DNA of 64,000 nucleotides. It comes from a bacterium. GTDB taxonomy: Bacteria > Omnitrophota > Gorgyraeia > Zapsychrales > Zapsychraceae. The notes under the pieces are model-generated. The model had not been told where the DNA came from. It saw nothing but the letters and a program-made list of their open reading frames with translations, and did not search any database. The position numbers and the translations under genes are program-made. The stretch's first letter is position 1; every line of letters starts with the position of its first letter. Below, one piece after another: positions 49,024 through 57,137 of this stretch. The stretch spans positions 65,014-129,013 of the forward strand of contig JAUIER010000001.1 of the NCBI GenBank assembly GCA_030429765.1. The letters are read 5' to 3'.

Positions 49024-49682
49024 GGGTGATGTGGTTTCGACTTGAGATGTTTGAGTCTTAGGTGGCATGCCGAGGAAGTCTGGTTGGCCTCGTTAATCAT
49101 CCGGACAAACAATAAATGGTAACGATTCAACGTTAACATTCGCAGACTTTGAAAGAGAAACTGAGAATTCAGTGGCTCCTCAAGGTTTCGCACCTGTATT
49201 AGCTTAAGAATAAGCTAATCCCTTATACAAATCATGTCTGTGGATTTGTATAAGGACCTTTACAGACTAGCGCAGTTGAGGTCTAGGCGACTGTTGCGAA
49301 ATTTTTAGACTGGCCGTCGGTAATCCTGTGCATTGGAGTGCAGGCGGTAAGATTAATAAATGTACTAAGCATGTAGAGGCTTAAGGCCGGCTCGTTAAGG
49401 ACCGGGGTTCGATTCAAAGGAGTCGACTTTTGGAGTAATCCAGAATGCTAAACTTGGCTTACATCAAGGAAGCCCAATTCTCAAACCTTATCTTGCGAAG
49501 GGTAATCTTGAGGGGTGAAAGCCCTGCAGAGACTTCTCCGGAAGGAGAGATGAAAGGCTCTACCAATATTGGTAAATCTATGCCTTTCATAATACGCCAA
49601 GCTCCTCGACGAATGTTGAGGATGAAGAGATAGTCCATGCTGATCGGGTAACGATCAGATTAGTGTCCCCGCACCTCCACTT
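49024..49682 (+). ncRNA. ssrA: tmRNA (SsrA) gene interrupted by an intron-like insertion in the T-loop
   Basis: 5' end GGGGGUGAUGUGGUUUCGAC resembles the E. coli tmRNA 5' end. PK1 region UGCCGAGG...GGCCUCG is present. Tag frame ends ...APVLA with UAA-GAA-UAA. Near the 3' end is CUAAGCAUGUAG. The T-arm is CGGGGUUCGAU | insertion | UCCCCG, followed by the acceptor strand CACCUCC-A-C, which pairs with the 5' end including a G3:U pair. Confidence 0.85.
49416..49667 (+). other. candidate group I intron (about 252 nt) within the tmRNA T-loop
   Basis: The 5' exon ends in U. Intron GUCGA (49424-49428) pairs with exon UCGAU, giving a U:G wobble at the splice site (P1). The GGA immediately 5' of it pairs with exon 2 UCC (P10). 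There is a GACU...AGUC P7-like pairing with a UCUCC-GGAA-GGAGA hairpin between (P8-like), a CUGAUCG-GGUAA-CGAUCAG hairpin (P9-like) and a terminal G at 49667. No ORF lies inside. Confidence 0.65.
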
Positions 49683-49691
49683 TAAATTAAA

Positions 49692-49743
49692 GGCCTTGTA
49701 AATTGTTGTTTTATAATAATTTACAAGGCCTTTTGTTTTTTAA
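49692..49743 (+). terminator. intrinsic terminator of ssrA
   Basis: 15-bp hairpin AAGGCCTTGTAAATT...AATTTACAAGGCCTT followed by a T-rich run. Confidence 0.8.
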
Positions 49744-49755
49744 AATGTTTTAGTG

Positions 49756-49806
49756 CCCAAACAGTGCCCAAATCAATCCAAAACATCGGTAAACAAATCT
49801 AACACT
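49756..49806 (+). repeat. intergenic repeat R (GTGCC-N5-GGTGCC ... AAAACA.CGGTAAACAAA.CTAACA), copy 1
   Basis: Three roughly 50-bp copies with over 80% identity at 49756, 50818 and 52456, plus a short fourth copy at 52694. All are intergenic in the island downstream of ssrA. Confidence 0.7.
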
Positions 49807-49917
49807 ATATTACTACGAACATTTACCCTACCTTTCCGATCTCCTTTTTGTTAACATATTTCAATCATAAAAAGTGGCTCAATTTTCGGGGGACGCTTAA
49901 CTATAGGGGAAATTAAC

Positions 49918-50817
49918 TTGAAATTCGTTTTTGTATTGACGTTTCATAAAGATATTGAAATCTGCCAAAACCGTATCAGAATGCTGCGTAGGCACAATCC
50001 TGACATACCGATTTACGGGGTTTATGGAGGTGAGCCGGATGAAGAAGCGGCTTTTCGCAAGGCCTTAGAAGGGAGATTAGACGGCTATTATTATTTTGAT
50101 GAACCTAAGGATGGCATGTGGAAATGGTTTAATTTTGATCTTCTGGTGACGAAATGGTACACAGACATAGGGAAAGATATGGACTTTGATTCGGTAATTT
50201 GGGTGCAATGGGATCAGCTCGTATTAGCGCCTGTAAAAGAACTGTTTAAGAACATAAAAAAAGGTGAAATGTTCATCACTGGTTTGCGGCCAGCTCAGGA
50301 AGTTATGGATTGGTGGTGTTGGGTGTCGAAGGACGCAGAGCAGGCGCCACCTGGGCATGGATATGAAACCTATATGGACTTTCTAAAGCATCTTAAGGAA
50401 GAATATAATTACAGTGAAGAGCCGGTATTTTCTCAGCCTTTTATAAGTATTTTCCCACGCGAATTTTTAGATCCTTACAGCAAACTAGAGTGGCCTATCG
50501 GTGGATACGGTGAATATCGTATGCCCATGTATGCACAAGTTTTTGGGGTGCCGTTTTACCGGTCTCATCATTATGAAGTATGGTGGCCCGATGATCCCGA
50601 GCAAAGGAATCCATCGGATGAAGAGAGGGTACTAACAGCATGGCAGGGTCCACTTCCCCTAAAACGAATTATGGAATTGTCCGCCGGTGAGAACGGACAC
50701 AAATTGATTCATCCCTATAGTAGAATTTACCCTCTGAATGCACTTGATTGGCTGAGATTGCTCAGGGACAAATTCTTAAACCGAAGGTATAGTCAGCCGG
50801 ATTCGGAAGAAAAGTGA
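49918..50817 (+). CDS. hypothetical protein (Trp-rich, no recognised domain)
   Basis: TTG start with a GGGGA ribosome-binding site. 299 aa. First gene of the island. Confidence 0.45.
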   Translation: MKFVFVLTFHKDIEICQNRIRMLRRHNPDIPIYGVYGGEPDEEAAFRKALEGRLDGYYYFDEPKDGMWKWFNFDLLVTKWYTDIGKDMDFDSVIWVQWDQLVLAPVKELFKNIKKGEMFITGLRPAQEVMDWWCWVSKDAEQAPPGHGYETYMDFLKHLKEEYNYSEEPVFSQPFISIFPREFLDPYSKLEWPIGGYGEYRMPMYAQVFGVPFYRSHHYEVWWPDDPEQRNPSDEERVLTAWQGPLPLKRIMELSAGENGHKLIHPYSRIYPLNALDWLRLLRDKFLNRRYSQPDSEEK

Positions 50818-50870
50818 GTGCCCAAACGGTGCCTAACGAAAACCAAAACACCGGTAAACAAACCGAACAA
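50818..50870 (+). repeat. intergenic repeat R, copy 2
   Basis: GTGCCCAAACGGTGCCTAACGAAAACCAAAACACCGGTAAACAAACCGAACA, starting at the stop codon of the preceding gene. Confidence 0.7.
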
Positions 50871-51028
50871 GAGCTAAATAACCGATCACAAGGATTCATT
50901 CATTGCGGAATACATTTGTGTCACATCTTGTAATGAAAGGCAGTGATTTTTTAGCGGCTCGTTGCTATTGATGTTCTCGATTATTATTGTAATTTATTTC
51001 AGACCATCCGGAAAGTTAGGAGATTAAA

Positions 51029-51592
51029 ATGAAGAAAGTATTTTTGATAGTAACAGTATTGATGAGTATATCGATATTTTCGCAAGCTCAAGAGGCTGAT
51101 GTCCGCAAAGAATATTATCCGAATGGTCAAGTTCAATATGAAAGAAGTTATGTGAATGGTATACGACATGGTGTTTCAAAGATGTATTCAGAAGATGGTA
51201 ATTTGTGGCAAGATGTTATGTATGTTAATGGAAAAAAAGAGGGTCTTTGGAGGGAATATTACCCGAGTGGTGAGTTAAAAGAAACTCGTATTTATAAGAA
51301 CGATAGTGTTAATGGAATTGCCGTTAGATATTTTGAGGATGGGAAGCGTGAAAGAGAAACAATGTGGGTTAACAATATGCCTGACGGCAATGAAGGTATA
51401 AAAACTTGGGATTATTATGAAAATGGAAATCTAAAAGGCGAATATTTTTTTGCTCATCGTAAGGGCCATCGTAAGGATTATTATGAAAATGGTCAGGTAT
51501 CATTAGAGATGCAAATTGATAATGGTGAATTTTACTGTAAGAATTATGATGAAAGTGGAAGTTTTGTATCTTCTGAATGTCCAACTATGTAA
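51029..51592 (+). CDS. small secreted MORN-variant (YwqK-like) repeat protein
   Basis: Signal peptide plus about 6 MORN_2-like repeats (EYYPNGQ...). Third paralogue in the window. Confidence 0.65.
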   Translation: MKKVFLIVTVLMSISIFSQAQEADVRKEYYPNGQVQYERSYVNGIRHGVSKMYSEDGNLWQDVMYVNGKKEGLWREYYPSGELKETRIYKNDSVNGIAVRYFEDGKRERETMWVNNMPDGNEGIKTWDYYENGNLKGEYFFAHRKGHRKDYYENGQVSLEMQIDNGEFYCKNYDESGSFVSSECPTM

Positions 51593-51634
51593 GAAGATTG
51601 CTTTTTAGAATCTTTTACATTTTTTGAAGCCCAA

Positions 51635-52387
51635 ATGAAGTCCCGTAAGTTTATCCAAAGAGACAATTGGTATGGTATATTATCAGTTATGAAAATAATT
51701 CAATTTAAAATTCTATTTATGATGATGGTAATGTTGTTGAGTCCGTCGTTAAGTTTTGCTGATAGTTGGGCAGGATTTGAAGGTGTTCAAGATAAGTGGA
51801 AGGCGTTTTCAGAAGAGCATATGAGTCTAATGCGAGAGGAGTTTGAACAAAGCTCTTGGGCCAAGCGGGGAAAAAAATTTGAGATGAAATGGACTGAATT
51901 AAATCCAACTCTATTTAAGAAATATTTTCCAGACTATAAGTTTTTCGGAGAAATGGGTTCTTCATTTGCCATCGATAAGGCGGGATCAATAATTCGATTT
52001 AAAAATATAATGCTACTAGGAAGGAAAAACATAGCATCTCCAGATCTACAAATTAAATATTTTTTTTCGTTTCTTGAAGAGTCAGATTTGAAAGTGACTG
52101 ATTCTGAAACCGCTGCCGATGTGGGGCGAATGATTGACTGGATTCAGAGTTCAGGTAGATCGAATTATAAAACAGGTAGTCCGGATGATTATAGGGTAAC
52201 TCGAAAAGATTATGGGTGGTATGTAAATACCCCCGATTTTAGTAGAGGCACGTCTGCTTATCTGCATGGGGATTATGAAATAATTACGGACGAAGTAGGT
52301 AACATATTGGATGTTAAGCGCCACGATATGATGGGCGGAATTGGCGCTGGGTCTGGTGGTGCGGTGAGAAAATTAGAAGATATTTAG
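51635..52387 (+). CDS. hypothetical secreted protein
   Basis: Probable signal peptide beginning at the internal Met (MKIIQFKILFMMMVMLLSPSLSFA, about 51692). No recognised domain. Confidence 0.45.
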   Translation: MKSRKFIQRDNWYGILSVMKIIQFKILFMMMVMLLSPSLSFADSWAGFEGVQDKWKAFSEEHMSLMREEFEQSSWAKRGKKFEMKWTELNPTLFKKYFPDYKFFGEMGSSFAIDKAGSIIRFKNIMLLGRKNIASPDLQIKYFFSFLEESDLKVTDSETAADVGRMIDWIQSSGRSNYKTGSPDDYRVTRKDYGWYVNTPDFSRGTSAYLHGDYEIITDEVGNILDVKRHDMMGGIGAGSGGAVRKLEDI

Positions 52388-52423
52388 TGTGTGCTTACTA
52401 CGTAAGATAAATAAATTTAAAAA

Positions 52424-52455
52424 AGGCACTTCACACATGTGAGGTGCCTTTTTTG
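52424..52455 (+). terminator. conserved terminator hairpin family, copy a (AGGCACTTCACA-CATG-TGAGGTGCCT plus T-run)
   Basis: GC-rich stem plus T6. The same GGCACTTC...GAGGTGCC stem recurs at 53584, 59144 and 60642. Confidence 0.7.
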
Positions 52456-52510
52456 GTGCCCAAACGGTGCCTAACGAAAACCAAAACAACGGTAAACAAA
52501 CCTAACAAAA
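52456..52510 (+). repeat. intergenic repeat R, copy 3
   Basis: GTGCCCAAACGGTGCCTAACGAAAACCAAAACAACGGTAAACAAACCTAACA, immediately after terminator copy a. Confidence 0.7.
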
Positions 52511-52693
52511 CCTAAACAACCGGACAGTTTTAAAAAGGTGTTTTCCGATGAGACTTGAAGCAATATATTGAAAATAAAGGGTTTATGTAAAATCGACTAA
52601 ACGTATCCCCGCACCTCCATAATTTAAATAAGGGTTTGTAAGTAACTGTCACACAGCTATTTGCAAACCCTTTTTTATTTTGGGATGCCGAGG

Positions 52694-52710
52694 TGCCGAA
52701 ATGGTGCCTT
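52694..52710 (+). repeat. short R-like motif (GTGCCGAAATGGTGCCT)
   Basis: Retains the GTGCC-N5-GGTGCC core. Lies 180 nt upstream of the first PEP-CTERM gene. Confidence 0.45.
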
Positions 52711-52889
52711 AAGTGAATCCCTAGGCTGTCACAGTTGGTCCTGGTTTGTCGTCGGGTGTCCTGTTGACCAAGATATTATCGATTGATAACATTAATCGAA
52801 AACTGTTAGAGATGAGAAATACCTATGAAGTATCTGATAGCCACTGTGATTGTTTTCAGTTGTACATTTGGTAAAGCAGTACCTTTAAA

Positions 52890-53558
52890 TTGAGAGAGGC
52901 GATGAAAAAATTATTTGGATTATGTTTCACGACGATACTAGTCTTCTGTATGCACTCCTCGGCTTTTGCAGTTATCGTGTATGACTCTTTTGGTCCGGGT
53001 CAAACTTACAGTTTTGGGCCTATATATCCGGTCGAAAATTATTTCACTTCTAGTGTTGGATCAAATAAACAACATGCAGATCAGTTTATACCAGCTGTGG
53101 ATGTTAATCTTGGTCAGATAGATGTAGCAGTTCAGGATGCTTTTCAAGTTAATAAAGTCGATCTAACTATTATGACTGACAGTTTGGGGGTGCCCGGATC
53201 AATTGTAGAGTCGTTCAGCCTACAGGATGCGATGGCCCGCTCAAATACGCCTAATGCATTTGTTACGGCCACATCCATTGTCAGGCCGGTACTGCAGGCA
53301 GGTGTTCCATATTGGTTGGTAGTGGCCGCTCCCGAGAACTTAGTTCAAATAGCGTATTTTATGAACGATCAGGATATATTCGGGCAGCATGCCGTGCGTC
53401 AAAACGGGGGGCCTTGGGAGGTAAGTAGAGAAATTCAGGGTGTTTTTAGAATCACAGGAGATGCAGTAAATGCGAGTGCCGTTCCCGAACCAACCACCGT
53501 ACTCTTATTTGGCACAGGAATGATCGGCGCCGCTTTACGACGTAGAAAACAAGCGTAG
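52890..53558 (+). CDS. PEP-CTERM sorting-domain protein
   Basis: Signal peptide. C-terminus VPEPTTVLLFGTGMIGAALRRRKQA, which is PEP, a TM helix and a basic tail. Confidence 0.8.
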   Translation: MREAMKKLFGLCFTTILVFCMHSSAFAVIVYDSFGPGQTYSFGPIYPVENYFTSSVGSNKQHADQFIPAVDVNLGQIDVAVQDAFQVNKVDLTIMTDSLGVPGSIVESFSLQDAMARSNTPNAFVTATSIVRPVLQAGVPYWLVVAAPENLVQIAYFMNDQDIFGQHAVRQNGGPWEVSREIQGVFRITGDAVNASAVPEPTTVLLFGTGMIGAALRRRKQA

Positions 53559-53582
53559 CCAATATATATAAAATTTCAAAGA

Positions 53583-53614
53583 AGGCACTTCACACCCGTG
53601 AGGTGCCTTTTTTA
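53583..53614 (+). terminator. conserved terminator hairpin family, copy b
   Basis: GGCACTTCACACCCGTGAGGTGCC plus T6. Confidence 0.7.
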
Positions 53615-53654
53615 TTGCCTTGAGTCAATGTTTAGCAGGTAGTAAAATATTCAA

Positions 53655-54284
53655 ATGAAAAAGATATTACAAGGCGCTTACAAAATTAGCTGGTTCTGTA
53701 TTTCTCTTTTTTCAGCGATTTCATGCACACATTTAGAATCTTTGTCCAATAGGTCCGGTCCGGTCTCTATGCCGTTCTGGGTATATGTTGATTATGCTTC
53801 ACCTGATAATCATTACGATGCCTCCGGATATATGGGCGATCACAGAGATATAAGTGTGGATCTCAACAGTATCAATTTCCCGTATCGGGGAAATAGTGCT
53901 CTGAAATTTAGTATGGTCGCGAGTGATGCGACTGGAGAGGGATGGGCCGGTCTATATTTTCAGGATCCGCCGAATAATTGGGGGACCATGCATGGCGGGT
54001 ATAATTTACAAAATGCCAAGAAACTTACGTTTTTTGCCAGGGGTAAAACCGGTAAAGAGTTGATTTACCAGTTTAAAGTCGGTGGTATCAAAGGAGACCT
54101 CCAGGCGGATACCGCGGTGGCTTTTATACAGAATATTCGTTTAACTAAGGACTGGAAGCAATATACGATTAATTTAGAAGGTTATAATCTTTCTAATATC
54201 GTCGGGGGCTTCTGCTGGATTGCTATCAAAAAAGACAACCCGGATGGCTTAACATTTTACATCGATGACATACGTTTCGAATGA
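53655..54284 (+). CDS. hypothetical lipoprotein or secreted protein
   Basis: Hydrophobic N-terminus with Cys (LFSAISC). Beta-rich sequence. No recognised domain. Confidence 0.45.
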   Translation: MKKILQGAYKISWFCISLFSAISCTHLESLSNRSGPVSMPFWVYVDYASPDNHYDASGYMGDHRDISVDLNSINFPYRGNSALKFSMVASDATGEGWAGLYFQDPPNNWGTMHGGYNLQNAKKLTFFARGKTGKELIYQFKVGGIKGDLQADTAVAFIQNIRLTKDWKQYTINLEGYNLSNIVGGFCWIAIKKDNPDGLTFYIDDIRFE

Positions 54285-54552
54285 ATCTGGTGACTAAACA
54301 CCCGTGCCAGACTCCACGCAATCGAATCATGCCAAAATCCCACCATGATGTAATGGCAAGTAGGTATCGTGAATTATTTTAAAAGATTGATGTCGTATAG
54401 ATCAGCTGCATCTCTATGTGAGGTGTCGTTTTTGTACTCAAGTGGTAGAAATGTTCTGATCTTGAGTCAATGAAGAAACGGGAGTAGAATAACCTAAAAA
54501 CAGAAAGTTTTAGCTTATTATTTAGCAAGTTGGAAAACATGAGGAAATACTG

Positions 54553-54897
54553 ATGCTTCGTGCAACATCCCGCCAATTATTATTCATTTTGGTCTATCCA
54601 ATATTTCATATAGCACTAATCTTTATTTCCATTCGAATGTTGCTTAGTACAGGATTTAATCCCTCAAGCCTTGTTCATGCTACTAGAACACAAATGCTAC
54701 TTACGGAAGTAGGGTATTATTTATCGCCAATCTTAATTTGGCCGTGCTTCATTCTAGAAGGTTTTGGATTTCAACATGACAGCTTGGTTTTAGGTGGAAG
54801 AAATATTGGTGATTATGTTGCATTTTATGCGTGCGGCATCATCTATGCCATAATTGGGATAGCCTTATTCAATATTTATAAGAAGATTTTCAAGTAG
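54553..54897 (+). CDS. hypothetical membrane protein
   Basis: Four predicted TM helices. Gene lies in an AT-rich block. Confidence 0.4.
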   Translation: MLRATSRQLLFILVYPIFHIALIFISIRMLLSTGFNPSSLVHATRTQMLLTEVGYYLSPILIWPCFILEGFGFQHDSLVLGGRNIGDYVAFYACGIIYAIIGIALFNIYKKIFK

Positions 54898-55183
54898 AGC
54901 AATTTTGCTTTTTGCAGAGTTGTTTATTTATTGGCTTCGATATTTAATGTGCAAAGGAGTAACTCTATTGTTTAGAAAAGACGTAGTATTGATGCTGATT
55001 ACGAATTTGGGATTTATTGTGATTGCTGCTTTAATGTCCTTGATTTTGCCTAATATATTTTAGTGAAACATAGTCATGAACGTACATAGAAATTAAAATC
55101 TTTGGTCTACGCAATGGCTAGTTTTTGCGAAATTTTATCTTTATAGCTGAGTATATGCCTCTAATTAAAGTGAGATACAGAAT

Positions 55184-56194
55184 ATGAAATTTACACCTGT
55201 TTGGAATAGACATCTACATCAAGCAATAAATCGTAATGGTTTAATAGTCGAAGAAAGATTTATATACGTTACTGAAAGAGGCCAATTTCTTACTAAATTA
55301 GAAGTTCTAACGGGAAAAGAACTATGGACGGTTAAAACAGGTGATGCTTGGGGGTGGCTGCTTCGATCTGAATCGAAGTTATATTATTTAACACAATCTG
55401 GGACTTTATTGGAAGTAAATATTGAAACAGCAGAAATTAGTAAGATTAGTGAGGAGGAGTTTTACTATCCAGGATATATAATTCGATCCAAAGATTTTTT
55501 TATAACAGGAGGGTGGAGAGGGTATTCGGATCTAGTTTGTTATAATTCAGCGTTATCTAGGAAGTTATGGACTAAAGATACCAGCAGCCAATCATTAATA
55601 GATTTTTCAATTCCATATATTATCCGAAACAAACTTTTGTTCACTGTTAATCATAGCTCAAAAAGAATAATAATATATGAACTCATTTCTGGTGAGCTTA
55701 AGGCTGAGATGGAACTTCCAAAAAATATAGGATGTCCAGACTTGGGGAGGTCATATCAGATTATAGACGGTAGGATCACGTTTGTGTCGTGGGACGGCAA
55801 AATATATACACTTGCTGACGATTTCAGGAGTTTGCATTGTGAGGATTTAAACGTGGATTGCGTATCCACGAATCTACCACTCTTTGATGGGGAAAATATT
55901 TTATTTGAAGACGGAAATAGTAACTGTATTTTATACCGACGTAGTGACAGCAAAATATTGTGGCAAATTAAGATTGAAAACAATTTCAAGACCAATATTT
56001 TTGCATGCAAACTAATGAATGAATGCTATCTAGTAGGAGGATCGACGGGGCAACTAAGTATTGTGGATGAGGAGGGAATCAGACGGAGAGATATAAAATC
56101 TGAAAGACGAATCACTACGGGTATATCTAGAATTAATGACCTAATCGTTTTATGCACGAAAAGTGATATTAAGGTATTGAGTTTCAATGAATAG
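55184..56194 (+). CDS. hypothetical cytoplasmic beta-propeller-like protein (PQQ/BamB-like repeats)
   Basis: Repeated hydrophobic/Trp beta-strand pattern (KELWTVKTGD..., RKLWTKDT..., SKILWQIKI...). No signal peptide. Gene lies in an AT-rich block. Confidence 0.4.
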   Translation: MKFTPVWNRHLHQAINRNGLIVEERFIYVTERGQFLTKLEVLTGKELWTVKTGDAWGWLLRSESKLYYLTQSGTLLEVNIETAEISKISEEEFYYPGYIIRSKDFFITGGWRGYSDLVCYNSALSRKLWTKDTSSQSLIDFSIPYIIRNKLLFTVNHSSKRIIIYELISGELKAEMELPKNIGCPDLGRSYQIIDGRITFVSWDGKIYTLADDFRSLHCEDLNVDCVSTNLPLFDGENILFEDGNSNCILYRRSDSKILWQIKIENNFKTNIFACKLMNECYLVGGSTGQLSIVDEEGIRRRDIKSERRITTGISRINDLIVLCTKSDIKVLSFNE

Positions 56195-56314
56195 AATACA
56201 GTGAAACTCGGAAAAATTAGACGGATAACCAAATAAGCAGAGTAGGATGATCTACGATGCATTCCTAGTCAAAAACTATATAGCGCATCTTAATTATAAA
56301 GCCTAATTGGGGAG

Positions 56315-56824
56315 ATGAATTTGGACTATGAACCAATTTTAAAGAAACGATTTAGAAGTGTTCAGTTTCTCACATTGCAAATACTGATAACGATCCTAAT
56401 TTGTGGATGTGCGGCATATTTTGTGTCGAAAGATCAACAAATCGTTAATGAGGATGTCGCTGTTTTTAGGTTAATTATGATTAGCGTTTCAGTAACTATG
56501 GTTTTATTGCTACCAATTGCAAGAAAGGTAATACCTAAGATGAGAAGATCCGTGTCAGCAAAGTCTAGAAATCTGTCTGACGAAGAAATCTATATTAATA
56601 AACTTATGGTTTCCGATGCTGTAGGAGTGTCCGTTTCGCAATGTCCTGCCATTGGAGGTTTAGCAACGACTTGTATTTCCAATAACATAACTGACTATTA
56701 CATTTTAGGAGGATTTGGTCTTGTTATTCTATTTTTAAATCTTCCTAACTATTCAAAGTGGATAGAGAAATTTGAAAGAGAATTCAATTTAGCTACTTGG
56801 AGACAAGGCAGTTTTACACAATAG
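56315..56824 (+). CDS. hypothetical membrane protein
   Basis: Four TM segments. Confidence 0.4.
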   Translation: MNLDYEPILKKRFRSVQFLTLQILITILICGCAAYFVSKDQQIVNEDVAVFRLIMISVSVTMVLLLPIARKVIPKMRRSVSAKSRNLSDEEIYINKLMVSDAVGVSVSQCPAIGGLATTCISNNITDYYILGGFGLVILFLNLPNYSKWIEKFEREFNLATWRQGSFTQ

Positions 56825-56863
56825 TGCTATAACTATTAGTCGGCAAAAAGAAGTTGTGAAATT

Positions 56864-57121
56864 ATGAAATATGAAGGTACGACCTTAAACGAACGTCTTT
56901 TGAAAGCGGGTTTGTTAGATGGGTTCAACAGAGTGTCTCGAAAAGGGGACAGGGAAGGTATGATCGCAATTTTGAAACGAGTCGAACTGGATGAGCGACA
57001 AATCTCATATACTGTTGATATTATTACTCGTCGGCAGAGGAAGTTCCTAGTTTTCATGTATGGATTTTTGATAGTTACAGCGATATTGATTTTATTGGGG
57101 TTTGTAGTAGAGGGAATTTAA
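56864..57121 (+). CDS. hypothetical small protein with C-terminal TM helix
   Basis: 85 aa. Tail-anchored topology. Confidence 0.35.
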   Translation: MKYEGTTLNERLLKAGLLDGFNRVSRKGDREGMIAILKRVELDERQISYTVDIITRRQRKFLVFMYGFLIVTAILILLGFVVEGI

Positions 57122-57137
57122 GAGTGCGGGTAGAGAG

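Noticed and set aside
49140-49209. Exact resume codon and tag peptide of the tmRNA
   Set aside because: The frame ending ...APVLA-UAA (stop at 49207-49209, with a second UAA at 49213-49215) is clear. There is, however, no upstream in-frame stop to delimit the resume codon. Tag length (about 10-21 aa) cannot be fixed from sequence alone, so no precise tag ORF was listed.
48116-49682. CRISPR array possibility for the regularly spaced repeats upstream of ssrA
   Set aside because: The units are 166 bp long and directly abutting, with no short unique spacers. They are copies of the ssrA promoter and 5' end, not 25-40-bp CRISPR repeats.
49024-49682. Two-piece or circularly permuted tmRNA instead of an intron
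   Set aside because: Both halves are in the normal 5'-to-3' order on one strand, with the acceptor 5' strand first and the acceptor 3' strand last. The insertion also has P1, P10 and terminal-G features. Permuted tmRNAs have the coding part after the acceptor part, so the possibility is not supported here.
49756-52510. Integron attC sites for the R repeats following ORFs
   Set aside because: No intI integrase or attI is present. The repeats lack the R''-L''...L'-R' inverted-repeat architecture, the GTTRRRY core and an extrahelical-base pattern. They are built on a direct repeat (GTGCC...GTGCC) instead.
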